Below are positions 26,015 to 39,369 of a stretch of DNA of 64,000 nucleotides, piece by piece. Below the pieces are notes generated by a model. It saw only the letters and a list, made by a program, of their open reading frames with translations, did no database searches and had not been told where the DNA came from. The position numbers and the translations under genes were made by a program. Every line of letters begins with the position of its first letter. Within the stretch, counting starts at the first letter, position 1. This DNA comes from Saccostrea cucullata (taxonomy: Eukaryota), in NCBI RefSeq assembly GCF_032062105.1, contig NW_026931249.1, positions 186,001 to 250,000 on the forward strand, read 5' to 3'.

Positions 26015-27661
26015 TTAATACCCAGACCTCCTGCGGGAGGGGCGGCGTGGTCGTTGGCGCCGGTTGTTTCTACGCCTGGTAATGGCGGGCTGGGTAGCGA
26101 TATACTCATCCTGGTTTGGATCGGACACGACGGGCCTCCTGTACACTGGGCGGCGGGTGGGCTCCGGGTAGTCGTACTTTCTGGGGTACTTGGAGCTGTA
26201 ATCGTACTTCTTCTGGTACCTTCTTCTGTATTTACTGTTGTCGTATGACTTTTTGGAGGGGTACTTTTTGTCGTAGGAACCTTTCTGGTATTTATTTGGC
26301 ATGACCTGGTCGTATTTTGGCTGATACTTATCCATGGGTTTGTAATTGTCGGCCATTTTGTCGTATTTACCAGGCAAGATGTTCATGACTTTGTCGACCA
26401 TGGGATAATTTTCGTTCTTGTCATACCTATTGGGGAAAACATCCACCTTATTATCATAAGCCTTTTTGTCATTTTTGGCTGGGAAAGTATCTATACCTTT
26501 CTCAAACTTTGCTGGATAAATATCTGGGACTTTTTCATAATTTTGATACTTGTCGTATTTCCCTGGATCCAAGGTGTTGTCGTATTTTGGCTGATATTTG
26601 TCAACTGGGTATTTGTCGATTGGATATTTGTCTACTGGATATTTATCCAATGGTAATTTGTCTGCTGGATATTTATCCACTGGATACTTGTCCACTGGAT
26701 ATTTATCAACTGGGTACTTGTCGACTGGGTATTTGTCCACCTGATTCTTGTCGAGTGGATATTTATCAACTGGATATTTGTCGAGTGGATATTTATCAAC
26801 TGGATATTTGTCGACTGGATATTTATCCACTGGATACTTGTCTACTGGATATTTATCCACCGGGTACTTGTCTACTGGATATTTATCAACTGGATACTTG
26901 TCGACTGGGTATTTATCAACTGGATATTTGTCTACTGGATATTTATCAACTGGATATTTGTCCACTGGGTACTTGTCAACAGGATATTTATCAACTGGAT
27001 ATTTGTCCACTGGATACTTGTCAACAGGATATTTATCCATGGGATACTTGTCTACTGGATATTTGTCGTAATTGGATGGAAACTTGTCTTGAAACTTATT
27101 GTCAAGGAAGACATCCATTTTTTTGTCGAACTTACCAGGATACATGTCTACCTTTTTATCCATTTGTCCTGGGAAGACGTCCATTTTCTTGTCCATTTTT
27201 GGCTGGAAGTTTTGGACATTTTTGTTCGTCGGTCCTTGATCCATGGGTCTTCTGGGTTGGAAGTTAGGGTCAACAATGATGGTTTGGCTCTCATCATTAT
27301 CGAAAGCTCTGGTTTCAATGATACCAACACCCCTCTGAACTGTTCCAAAATCTGTCTGAACATCAAACGGTTGTCCCACAACGTCGAGGCCTTGGATCTG
27401 TGCAACTCCGCGACCAGTGTCGAATCCTGAAGGCATTCCGCTGTCGAATCCAACGACAGCGACTGTATCAAATGTGTTAGGAGCGTTTGAAAAACCACTC
27501 CCGCCCCCGGTAGCGAAGGGTATGTCAGAAGCCATGTTGGGACTAAAGCTGTTTCCGGGGACCTGGAACGTATTGGCACAGTTTGGGTCTCGAGGATCGC
27601 ATGGTTGCTGCTGACAAAGAGTTGAGGATAGGAACAAAAGGGAAACCACTATCGACAACAT
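26015..27661 (-). CDS. Secreted 548-aa protein with 32 tandem DKYPV-type pentapeptides and an Arg-rich tail
   Basis: Signal peptide ...STLC|QQQ; long open frame; acceptor directly before the ATG; donor at 27872/27871; TATA at 27928-27938; 3'UTR intron 25970-25846; AATAAA at ~25756-25761. Confidence 0.92.
   Translation of the reverse strand: MLSIVVSLLFLSSTLCQQQPCDPRDPNCANTFQVPGNSFSPNMASDIPFATGGGSGFSNAPNTFDTVAVVGFDSGMPSGFDTGRGVAQIQGLDVVGQPFDVQTDFGTVQRGVGIIETRAFDNDESQTIIVDPNFQPRRPMDQGPTNKNVQNFQPKMDKKMDVFPGQMDKKVDMYPGKFDKKMDVFLDNKFQDKFPSNYDKYPVDKYPMDKYPVDKYPVDKYPVDKYPVDKYPVDKYPVDKYPVDKYPVDKYPVDKYPVDKYPVDKYPVDKYPVDKYPVDKYPVDKYPVDKYPLDKYPVDKYPLDKNQVDKYPVDKYPVDKYPVDKYPVDKYPADKLPLDKYPVDKYPIDKYPVDKYQPKYDNTLDPGKYDKYQNYEKVPDIYPAKFEKGIDTFPAKNDKKAYDNKVDVFPNRYDKNENYPMVDKVMNILPGKYDKMADNYKPMDKYQPKYDQVMPNKYQKGSYDKKYPSKKSYDNSKYRRRYQKKYDYSSKYPRKYDYPEPTRRPVYRRPVVSDPNQDEYIATQPAITRRRNNRRQRPRRPSRRRSGY
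26588..27067 (-). repeat. Coding 15-bp tandem repeat (32 units) with 30-bp higher-order period
   Basis: 480 bp / 15 = 32 units; GAT AAA units alternate with GAC AAR units. Confidence 0.95.
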
Positions 27662-30294
27662 CTGGAAATAAAAAAATCAGTGGAATAGAATATATATCTA
27701 TAAAATATGACTACGGATTATTCAATTATCAGTAGCTCTCAGTATTAACGTGTTTATTATCCTACATCAAGAATCAGATTATATTTCAAATTTTAAAAAA
27801 ATATTGTAAAAATTAAGAATCTTTAAATCATAGATAAAAACGTTTCTGGTAGTTAATACACGAAATCTCACCTCTCTTCAGCTTGGTGATCTACTTTGCA
27901 ATAGATACCATATGCAAATGTCTCTCCTTTTATATATATTGTAAAACTATAAATATATACCATAATTCTGATATGCAAATAGAACAAATATCTGTAGAAA
28001 CCCAAAGATGACCGCCATTTTATTATCAATAATTAATAACAAACCTGATGTTTAAGAGCACAAGAGAATTAAATATGCATATAAGCAACCAAAGATATTT
28101 AACATGAAAAGTTAAGCCGTTAGACTGGAACCCTGCTGACCACCTGTGGCTCATGAAATATTGCTTATTAATTTTGTATGTCTAAATAAGGTTCACATGT
28201 CAATAAATTTATGAAAAGTATTCCTTCATAATAATATTTTTTCCTTCCAATTGAGAGACAGAGGATTGCCGAGTAATTCTGCAGGTGTATATGAGCAATG
28301 TACGCCTTTAATGTCTGGTCTAATGTGATTCATGGTGTTTTGTCGACTATATATCGGAGTTCTACAGATTTATCGCAGAAATTTGTCCGAAACTAAAAAA
28401 AAAAAAAAGTATCAATCGTGTGAGTAATGAAGTAATGTGCGAGCCATTCCCTATTTGAAAATTGATTTAAGATCGGAGGATGATAATATGTACATTTAAT
28501 TGTTTTTTTCCCTTTTAAAATAGATAACTTAAAGAAAAGAACCTATATGAAGATGTTTAGCGACAAAAAGGACTGTATTATTTAAAATGTGCTTTAATGT
28601 AGTGCATGCATCTCCAATATTTATAAAACTGACATTTTATACATTTTTACATGTAAAATTTCCCCCACTTATACATGTAGATCATCCAAAACCCAATGAA
28701 AATTTGTAATACACTTTGTTATTTTATAAATGAAAAAAAAAATTATGAAAGCTTCTATTTCTTTTTATTTTTGAGACGAGATGTAAATTTTTAACGTGTA
28801 ATTAATCAAATTAAATTAATAAGTAAAATTTTCATTAATGATCAAAATCGTTCAGGATTGAATCCACTTTTGTCTCTAAAGCATTTGGTGACATTTCTCC
28901 CTTGTATTTGAAAGGTGCATTTATCCTAACACGAATGATTTTTCAACAGAAATTAAAGGAGATGGGTGAACATGACGAGAGATAAGCCCAAAGCGCGACA
29001 AACATGAAAGTGAAAAATTAAATCTCAATTATATCAAAATTTTCCTTAATATTTCATCTAACATTAAAGTATACTTTATGTAAAACTTCTACAACTTGCA
29101 CAGATATCATGAAGATTGAAGTTATTTGCCTATGAAATATCATACACACAAGAAAGAGGACAAAATGTCATTTTTCCACACTGTAACACTATTTTTAGAT
29201 ATAAGTGGGTCTTCTCTCCATTTTTTTGAAAGTTAATCCTTAAAGTTTGTATACAAACATACATACTTTGTTTTCCAAAAATGGAGCAAAGACCCACTAT
29301 ACCTTAAAAATATAATTTTATGACATAACTTTCGTATCTTTTCGAGAAGTCCCTTAAGTCAATAGTCATATCACAAACATGATTGAATGCTACGCTTGAT
29401 CAGGACTTGTGTAGCGTAGTGGTTAGCTTGTAAATAAGAATGATATTTTAATTAATTACCATATTTATTTTTTTTATATAAAAAGAATAAATTTTAACGA
29501 AAATTTTTCCTCAGAACTTTTTGTTTCTCATGATTTACTTAAATACTAAATTAACAATTTGAATATGATTTTTATATATCTGAAGCTAGTGGGCTTTCTG
29601 CACGCTAAGTTCACCCATCTCCTTTCAATAAAAATATGTAATTCAACTATGGCTTGCAGGATTTATTTATGACAGAAATGGCTCATTAAATTTGAAAAAA
29701 ATTGCACATGTAAACATTTAGAATAAGGGCATATTTGATTTATCTAAGTGAATGTTATCTTCCTTATCAGAGGATCAATGTACCTTAAATTCCATTGTAA
29801 AATCATTAACAAATATTAATTTAAAATACAAATAAATAAATAAGGTTAATTCCTACCTTATAAGTAAATAATAATATTTATGTTCTCCTCATGGCTCATA
29901 ATCAAGTGATTTTAAGCGAGTGATTTCCTTATTTATAAGATAGCAAAATTTAAACCTTCAGATTTCGTAAGGAAAGGAAGATTAGTTAACATATCATTAG
30001 TTAATGACCAAAAATACGTTTATTTCCAAAATTAAGGAAAGTTACAGAGAGATTAGCTCCCTTGACAATTATAATAAAGAAATAGAGAAAAGATTCATTT
30101 TAAGACATAGATTTATACAAGCACATACAATGATTTCAATCGAAAACGATTTTCTTTGTCGATTATTTGCCAAATTTAGAAGCAGAATTTAGTGCTTATC
30201 AGTTGACATGGATATGATGATAAGTTTTAATAATAATATATTCCCGGCAACTAGTACATGTATATCTTAGCAAGGAAAGGTTAGCATAAAGAAC

Positions 30295-31638
30295 ATGTCT
30301 GAGACCATCTTCTTTTGTCTGCTTGCTAGTGTCTGGGGCGTGGCCTTAGGCGGGGATAAAATGTACACCGAACAGTTTGTTATAACTCTAATGGAGAAGA
30401 TAGATCGATTGGAGAAGGAATTTTCAATATTTAAGGAGGAAACTACCACCAAATTACAAGAATTCTAAACCAGATTGGAACATTCGGACCAAATGGTGAA
30501 GGACCTAGGAGATAGACTGCGGCTGTCTGACAAGAAGGTGGGTGAACTCACGAGAGATTTGGAGCACTCTGGAGTTGTTTTACAGGGACTGGTGAAGCAG
30601 CGCCATGATAAATCTGACAAGGAGTACCCCTTCCCCCCAGATGAACAGAGAACGAACAATACCAACCTAAATTATAACAAAGTACAGAAAAATGTTGTGC
30701 CTGGAGGAATAAGGGAGTCGCAAGGTATGTTACACACCATCATGTTTCTTGAATGCCGAACTAGCTGAAGAAAGTTTGTATCTTTATCAGTTACAAACTT
30801 CTTAATTATAATAGAGATACAAAATATAAAAAAAAATTTTAATGGCAAAAAAAAAACCTTTCAAAAAAATGGCAAAAAAAAAACAAACAAACAACAACAA
30901 CATTTTTAAAAAAAAAAAAATGTGTTTAAACTAAGACACATAAGTCACTTTAAGTGGAAAAAAATAATGATAGAAATGTATTTAAAAATTAAGAAGGAAA
31001 GAATTTAAAATTGTATGCATTCAGATTTCAGATACGTTTTTGAATTTACTTTCACTACAATCCATTTGGTTACTAGTACTACATGTAGAAAAAAGCTTAT
31101 TACAGTAATTAATAAAATAGCACTTATAGCAGCTTAGTGGTAAGTAAATGCAACAAATGTTTAGTGACTGTCAATTCAGTACATCTAAGTAAAAATACAT
31201 TGAAAAATGTTTAATACTTTCAGATCGTTTCCAAAGACTTTTAATTCCGGCGACACAACTTCCTTCGGTTGCTTTTTATGCACACGCAGCTGGTCATCAA
31301 AACGGGCTTGGCGCGGGACAGACCATCAAATACCCCACCGTCGTTACCAACGTTGGCAATGGATTCGATCCCAAAGTTGGAATATTTCGAGCACCCGTAG
31401 CAGGTGTTTACTTCTTTACTACAACACTGATCAGTGATCGTGGAGAGACTGTCCGAAGCACCATCGTCCATAATAATCAAAATATGGCATACGTTTTTGC
31501 GGGAAATGAAGGAACTCACGGATCCGGATCAAACTCTGTCGTGCTGCATTTGATGTCTGGACACTTGTTCACAACACAAACTCCCATGTGTTTGCTGATT
31601 CCTGGTGCACATTTTCTGGATTTCTGATCTCAAATTAA
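30295..31638 (+). pseudogene. C1q-domain-containing gene copy 1 (pseudogene)
   Basis: CAA changed to TAA at 30466-30468; intron 30725-31223; ~13-nt frameshift deletion near 31550; gC1q motifs AFYAH, GIFRAPVAGVYFF and FSGFLI. Confidence 0.9.
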
Positions 31639-32199
31639 AGTATTTGAAAATGAAATCTGTAATAGAAAGTCTATTCATTCCAAAGATACTTGCTCTTTGA
31701 ATTATAGATATTTTTAAGTAAAGAAAACGCAATAAAATATTGTTAAGGTGTGTTAGTGATGAAGCAATAAAGATTAATGATATGTGAGGGTGTGCGTTGT
31801 GTGTGTGTATGCACTTCGACTACATGGGGCCCGAGTAGGCCTAATTAACTCAGGCTCCTGGTAATCACATAGTTTACGGTATTAAAACGAAAAATTAAAC
31901 GTTTATACGTTAAAAAAAAATTAAAAGCTTTTCAATTTAATTTTACATTGCAAATATGTTGTATATGTATAATATATATCTAGTGGAATATTTTATAAAA
32001 TATCAAGTTTCAAATCTACATATCAACAAAGAACACAGTAATTTCTTATCAGTGTGTATGGGCTTGGTTACATACCACTTACTATCATTATCAAAGACCT
32101 GAAAACTAGTATTTTGTCAGAATAATTAAGGGAGAACTGAATAAATGGAAGAAAATGTAAAGAATTTATATATTTTAATATTTGTACGTGCTTGCATAT

Positions 32200-32445
32200 G
32201 ACTATGGGTGATGACAGATGGTATTCTAAGCAATCTGTAACGAATCTAATTCAAAAACAGGAATTTGTTCAGTATAAGAAGAAAATTAGCGCAAATAAAA
32301 TTTTAGGCCAAACTTCAGCAGTTGGGTAAGAGTGTGGATGAACTAGATGAAACACTAAAGCAAGGACAAACTGGTATTCAAATATGGCCATGTTTATACA
32401 ATGCATGGTGTACTTTTTTCTGGATTTCTAATCTCAAATTAAAAT
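32200..32445 (+). pseudogene. Remnant of an additional C1qDC 3' end
   Basis: gcatggtgtactttttctggatttctaatctcaaattaa and its downstream flank match the end of the copy at 35476. Confidence 0.65.
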
Positions 32446-32569
32446 ATTTTGAAACGTTATGTGAGTATCTCGTTTATTACCTGAAAAAAAGATGAACATA
32501 AAGAATATAATGGTCGCCTTCATAAGTCCTTAATAAATACATTAAAAATTGTTTATACTAGGGATAAAT

Positions 32570-33372
32570 AACGGGACCCTGGAATACAAAGATCGGTCGG
32601 ATCATGTCGAATGGGGAGTAAGGATTCTCTATTAACCGGATCACAGCCGTAGGCTATTGATCCGGTCAAAGGTTAATCTAGTCAAATTATAGCCTAACAA
32701 TTTGTATGTTAATCGATTCCGATAGGCACTTAAATTGTGCTCCATTTATAGGCGACCTATTTTGATATTCCTATGAAGCAGAATTTATTCAAAAACTTGC
32801 ACACAAGAAAAAGGAAAGACATTTACTTACTGTGGTCCTCAACTCGAGATTTACTAATATCGACGATGTTCATGTATTATAAAATAAAAAAAAATGGAAC
32901 TTGAAAAAAAAACACCACAGACTCTACCATATTTGTTTCAGATTCAGTTATCTTTTCCATGTTCAACTCTTCTGAATTGTGAAGAAATACAGTATTTCGC
33001 TACCACCTGCATATGATGTTTTTTAAAATTTCTGACTTACTAGCATTAATTCGATTCTCAAGAGCAAGTTCCAAGGATAATAAATTTTTAAACCGAGGAA
33101 TGTTACTAGCAACATAATTGTTAAAAGCAACCTTGTTAAAAGCCTGAATTCGTATATTCTACGGTCAGTATAAGAATTATTCGGATATAAAATCCATTAT
33201 TTTGTCTGTATATTTTTTGGTTGATTTGTTTCTTATGTTCAAGGTGAAGGTAATGACCAGTGATCGATCTATAAAAAAAATCAGTAAACAATACAAATAT
33301 GTGAAGGGGATATAAAACACGGACCCCTGACAGTTCCAAAGGAGGTGGGATCAGGCGTCTAAGAGGAGTAAG
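32570..33372. mobile_element. Decayed Penelope-like retroelement relic (duplicated at ~35600-36400 and ~41540-41790)
   Basis: ccgataggcac...tgtgctccatttataggcgaccta...tatgaagcagaatttattcaaaaactt translates roughly as PxG..CAP..ADL..YEAEFIQKL; flanked by the terminal motif seen at 61357-61432. Confidence 0.65.
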
Positions 33373-33913
33373 TTCAATTGTAAATCATTTTCAAAACTCA
33401 TATACAAATACTAGTAAATAAATAAAGTTAATTGCTACCTTGTTTATTCAATCCATGGCTCAAGTGATTTCGTTTTTTGTAAGATAGCAAAAACATTCGG
33501 ATTTCGTAAGGGGAGCAAGGTTAGTTAACTTGATGTTGTTTGCCAATTTTGACACGTTTGCATGCATATATGCACTATACAGTTGATGACCAACAATACG
33601 TTTATTTCCAAACCCAAAATTAAGGAAAATTACAGAGAGACTGGCTCCCTCGACAAATAATTTAAAGACAAACAAAGAAATATACATGAATTAAAGAAAT
33701 ATAGAAAAGCTTCTGTTTTTTAAAAAACATAGATTTACACAAGCACATATTAAATTCATTTGAAAGGAAAACGATTTTTCTTTGTCGATAATTTGCCATA
33801 TTTAGAAGCAGTAGGGATTAAGTGCTTATCAGTTGACATGGATATGATAAACAGTTTTAATAGTGCCCATCTTGATCTCGACAATAAAATTATAGCAAAG
33901 AAAGGGGACCATA

Positions 33914-35476
33914 ATGAACATGTTGGGAGCGATCTTCCTTTGTCTGCTTGCTAGTGTCTGGGGTGTGGCCTTAGGCGGGGATAAAATGTACACCGCACAG
34001 TTTGTTATAACTCTAATGGAGAAGATAGATCGCTTGGAGAAAGAATTCTCCCTGTTTAAGGAGGAAACTGCCACCAAATTACAGGAATTCCAAACCAAAT
34101 TGGAACATTCTGACCAAACGGTGAAGGAGCTAGAAGATAGACTGCAGCTGTCTGACAAGAAGGTGGGCGAACTCACGCGAGATTTGGAGCACTCTGAGTT
34201 TGTTTTACTGGAGCTGGTGAAGCAGCGCCAGGGTGGATCTAATAAGGATTACCCATTCCCTCCAGATGAACAGAAAACGAACGATACCAACCCAAATTAT
34301 AACGAAATACAGAAAGCTGCTGTTCCAATAGAAATAAAGCAGTCACAAGGTATGTTAGCTTCATTTACGTCCAACTGGTTTCTCGAAAGCCATACAAGCA
34401 GAGGAAAGCTTGTTTCTTTAAACTTCATAATTGGGATAAAATTCAAAAAAAAAAAAAATTATCAAGACTTTAAAAATATTGGCATTCAAATGTTCAACAC
34501 CTACATGTAGTAAAATGAGTTTCAAATTAAGAAATTATATATATCCCCTCGCTCAAAAAATCAAAGGTCGAACATTAAAAATCAAGTCTGGACCTTAGAA
34601 AAAGAGGATTCAGTAGAAGAAAATTCAAAAACCTCTGGAGATTAGTAGTTCATTGCATCAAAGTTCATTTCCTGCGTGACGCAGTGATAAATCTAGATTT
34701 GCTTAGTAAGGAATTTATTCTTACCTTGCGGGTTGGGACGTGGAGACGGGTCTTTTGGATGAGACCATATAAACTTAGGTCTCGTGTTGCAGAAGTTGCT
34801 TGCACGAAAAAGATCCCTCAGTGCTCAATGGCCCTTAGTTCAAAGAGATCAAAATGCAGCTCTCCACTGGCAAGTGATGGCGTCTCCACATGAGTGAAAA
34901 ATTCTCGAGAGGAACGTTAAACAACTAACAAAAAACAAAAACAAGCCGGCAAAAGTTTTATCGATTATGTATTTATAATGTATAACACAATAAAAGTTGA
35001 GTAAAACGTAAGGTCACAATGCTTTTTCAGGTATTTCAAAGAGACTTTCAATTTCTGAGGCTGCAACAGCAACACCGAAAGTCCATTCCTCGATTGCTTT
35101 TTATGCGCATGCATCTGGCAGCCAGACAGTTATAGGTATTGGACACACTATATACTACAAAACTGACATCACCAACGCTGGCAACGGGTTCGATTCCAAA
35201 ACTGGCGTTTTTCGGGCACCTGTCGCAGGCTATTATTACTTCAGCTCAACGTTGGTCAGTGGAGCTGCAGAAGCTATTATGGCCAGTATCGTCCATAACA
35301 GCAATGATGTGGCAAATATTTTCGCGGGAAATGAACAGACGTTTGGATCTGGGTCGAACTCTGTTGTGCTGTACCTTAATATTGATGATAATGTCTGGAT
35401 TCGGAGTCAAAATATGAATCCCCATTCTTATGTAGAAGCATGGTGTACTTTCTCAGGATTTCTTATCTCAAATTAA
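33914..35476 (+). CDS. C1q-domain-containing protein (signal peptide, coiled coil, gC1q), 293 aa; exons 33914-34349, 35031-35476
   Basis: Phase-1 intron AAG|gtatgt...tttcag|GT gives an uninterrupted frame: IAFYAH...GNGFDSKTGVFRAPVAGYYYFS...GSNSVVLYL...VWI...FSGFLISN*. Confidence 0.92.
34670..34945 (+). mobile_element. SINE-like element in the C1qDC intron
   Basis: gcacgaaaaagatccctcagtgctcaatggccct...gtctccacatgagtgaaaattctc matches 43814-44058; (AAAC)-rich tail. Confidence 0.7.
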
Positions 35477-36945
35477 AATATTTTGGAACGTTATGTTAGT
35501 ATTTCTATTATTTCCTGAAAAAAGATTGACTTATATTAACGAATAGTGGTAGTCTTCATCAGTCCTTGAACATTACAAATTGTTTAAAATAGGGATAGAC
35601 CACGGAGCCCTGGAATACAAAGACGGGATCATGTCGTAGGGGTGTTGGGGGGATGGGGGGGGGGGGGGGGTAAGCATTCTCTGTTAATCGGATCACAGTC
35701 ACAGTGCATTGATCAGGTGAAAGGGATATTCTAGTCAAAATTATAGCCTAACAATTGGTATGAAACGAAGTTTAATTTAATCGATTCCGATAGGTATTAA
35801 TTGTTCTCAATTTATATACCAGTCGACCTACATGTATATTAATATTTATATGAAGCAGTATCTGTTCAATAACTTACATACGAGAAAAAGAAAATACTTG
35901 TTGTGGCCCTTAACTCAAGATTTAGTAATTTCAACGATGTACTATAAAATAAAAATACCACAGACAACAGAGACTCTGCCATGTTTGTTTCATGTTTAGT
36001 CATGCAGCGTTTCCATCTTCAACTATTTCGCTATCACCTGCATACAATGTTTTTCTTCCTACCGTATTCGATTCTCAAGAACAAGTTTCAACGATAATAA
36101 ATTTTAAACCAATGAATGCTGCTAGCCGAAAAGTTAATACTATAGGAATTTCAACAACCTCATTTAAAGCCAGAATTTGTATATTCTATGGTGCGTATAA
36201 TAAAATTAATCGGATATAAAAACCCATAATTTTTTTTTCGTGTTTTAGCTGATTTGTTTCCTATGTATTAGGTGAAGGTTATGACCAGTGATCGATCTAT
36301 AAAAAAATCAGTAAGCAATACAAATACGTGAAGGGGACAAAAAACAAGGACCTCTGACAAATCCAGAGGTGGTGGGATCAGGCGGTTAAGAAGAGTAGGT
36401 TCAATTGTAAAATCAATTTCAAAACTCAAATACAAATAAATAAATAAAGTTAATTGCTACCTTGTTTATCCTCCTCGTGGCTCAAGTGATTTCAAGCAAG
36501 TGATTTCGTTTTTTATAAGATAGCAAAACATTTGGATTTCGTAAGGGGAGCAAGGTTAATTTACATGATGTTTGCCAATTTTGACAACTATGCATGCATA
36601 TATGGACTATACAATTGATGAACAACAATACGTTTATTTCCAAACCCAAAATTGAGGAAACTTCAGAGAGACTGACTCCCTTGACAACTAATTTAATGAC
36701 AAAACAAAAAAAATATACATGTATTAAAGAAATATAGTAAAAGCTTCTGTTTAAAGCATAGATTTACACAAGCACATACATTCATTTTAAAGGGAAACGA
36801 TTTTTCTGTGTCGATAATTTGCCATATTTAGAAGCAGTAGGAATTAAGTGCTTATCAGTTGACATGGATATCATAATCAGTTTTAATAGTGTCCATTTTG
36901 ATCTCGATAATAAAATTATAGCAAAGAAAGGTGACCGTACTGAAC

Positions 36946-38245
36946 ATGTTAGGGGCAATCTTCTTTTGTCTGCTTGCTAGTGTCTGGGGCGTGGCCTTAG
37001 GCGGGGACAAAATGTACACTGAACACTTTGTTATGTCGCTGGTGGAGAAGATAGATCGCTTGGAGAAGGAATTCTCCCTATTTAAGGTTCATAAACCCTT
37101 TGCTTATTCATATAAAATGTTTCTTTAACTTTTATAATTTTCCAAAAGAAAAGTACATGTATAGAATAGAATTCCAAACCAAATTGGAACATTCTGACCA
37201 AACGGTGAAGGAGCTAGGAGATAGACTGCAGCTGTCTGACAAGAAGGTGGACGAACTCATGAGGGATTTGGAGCACTCTGAGGTTGTTTTACAGGGGCTG
37301 GTGAAGCAGCGCCAGGGTGGATCTGATAGGGAGTACCCATTCCCTCCAGATGAACAGAAAACGAACAATATCAACCCAAATCATAACAAAGTACAGAGAG
37401 TTGCTGCTCCAGTAGAAATAAAGAATTTGCAAGGTACGTTGCTTTCATACGCCCATCCGTCATGTTACTCGAAAGCCGTACAAGGAGAATAAAGTTTGCA
37501 TCTTTGAACTATTATTTATAATAGGGATAAAAAGTTTTTAAAATTTATAGACTTCAATAAATGTGGCACCCAAATTTACAACAGCTCTTTGTAGTAAAAA
37601 ACGTTTTGAATTAAGACACATAAGTCACTTTTGAGAAGAGAGAAAATAATGCCAAAGAATTTGAATGCATACATTGAGAGTATAGTAGTTACGTTTTAGA
37701 ATATATTGATTTATAAAAAATTAAATGTTATTCATTATATGTATTAAGTAAAAGAAATGACGATTTGTGACGATTGAGTTAGTATTACTGATTAAAAATA
37801 CAGCAAGACTTTTTAAAACTTTCAGATCGTTTCCAAAGACTTTTAATTCCGGCGACACAATTTCCACAACTTTCTTCGGTTCTGATCATCAAACCGGGCT
37901 TGGCACGGGACAGACTATCAAATATCCCACGGTCATTACCAACGTGGCAATGGATTCGATCCCAAAGTCGGAACATTTCGAGCACCTTTGGCAGGTGTCT
38001 ACTTCTTTACTACAACACTTATCAGTGGTGCAGGAGAGACTGTCCGAAGTAGCATCGTCCGTGACAATCATGATATGGCACACGTTTTTGCGGGGAATGA
38101 AGGAACTTTTGGATCCGGATCAAATTCTGTTGTGCTGCACTTGGACGCCAACGATGATGTCTGGACACGTGTTTCCTATGACACAAACGCTCATGTTTAT
38201 GCTGATTCCTGGTGCACATTTTCTGGATTTTTGATCTCAAATTAA
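36946..38245 (+). pseudogene. C1qDC copy 3 (pseudogene)
   Basis: AT-rich ~82-nt replacement with an in-frame stop at 37087-37168; exon 2 (from 37826) is split over three frames by ~19-nt and 1-nt deletions. Confidence 0.88.
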
Positions 38246-39369
38246 AATATTTGAAAATGAAATCTGTAATATAGTCTTTTCATAATACAAAAGATATTGA
38301 CTAAAATGTGATATATTAAAAAAATTTTTTTTAAGATATAACAACGTAGAAAAACTGTGTGTTATTAAAAACACTGATTTGTATGATAATGTTTGTGTGT
38401 TGTGTGCGATTAATTGTGATGTGTGTGTGAATTTACATATAAGTGCTTATCAGTTGACATGAATATACTGTATGATAAAAAGTTTTAATATATTACTGGC
38501 TACTTGTATATCTTAGCAAGGAAAGGTTACCATAAAGAACTTTTGAACATTTTCTGCTTTCTAGTTTCTGCAACCGTGGCCAATTTCGGGGATAAATTTT
38601 GCACAAAACTTTGTTATGTCGCTGGTAGAGAAGGGAGAACAAAAATTGTGAATAAGGATCCCTGCCACCAAATTACAAGAATTCCAAACTAAATTGGATC
38701 ATTGGACCAAACGGTGAAGGGCCAAAACCAGCTGTCTGAAAATTAATGCAATCTTTAAAAACACTATCTGTTTTACAGCGGCTGGACATCAAGCAGTCAA
38801 GCTGGGTTTGCATGATTGTAATCAGCATTGAGTCCAGATTACCAAAATTGTGAAATTCATGGCCCAAATCATAACAAAGTACAGAAAGGTGCTGTTCCAA
38901 TAGAAATAAAGGATTCGCAAGGTATGCTGGTTCATACACGTCAATCATGTTTCAAGCCATACAAGCAGAGGAAAGCTTGTTTCTTTAAACTATTACTAGT
39001 AATTCATAATAGAGATAAAAATTTCCAAGAAATGATCAGGACTTTAAAAATATTGGCATTCAAATGTATAACAGCAACAGGAAATAAAATGCGTTTTAAA
39101 CTAAGAAATTATATAGTCAAAAATCAAATGAATTCATTAAAAATCTTCTTCACTGAAAAAGAGGATTTATTAAAGAAAGGTCAAAAGTACATAGTTATTC
39201 ATTGCAACAAAGTTCATTGCCTGCTACCAAAATTGTCTAGATTTTAGTGGCTTTCTTGCGTCGCGGGTTCTGGTGATGGGGGGGTTCTTTGATTATATAG
39301 TGAAAATACGTGTCGCAGTATTCTTTGAAAAAGATTCCTTACTGCTCAATAACCCTAAGTATTAAATAA

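Noticed and set aside
26588-27067. CRISPR-like periodicity
   Set aside because: Contiguous coding repeats with no unique spacers and no cas genes; eukaryotic DNA.
26509-27267. Repetitive + strand ORFs (LDIYQ, GYLST)
   Set aside because: Antisense frames of the DKYPV repeat.
34350-34510. C-terminus of the 198-aa ORF
   Set aside because: Intron read-through; the spliced form continues into the gC1q exon.
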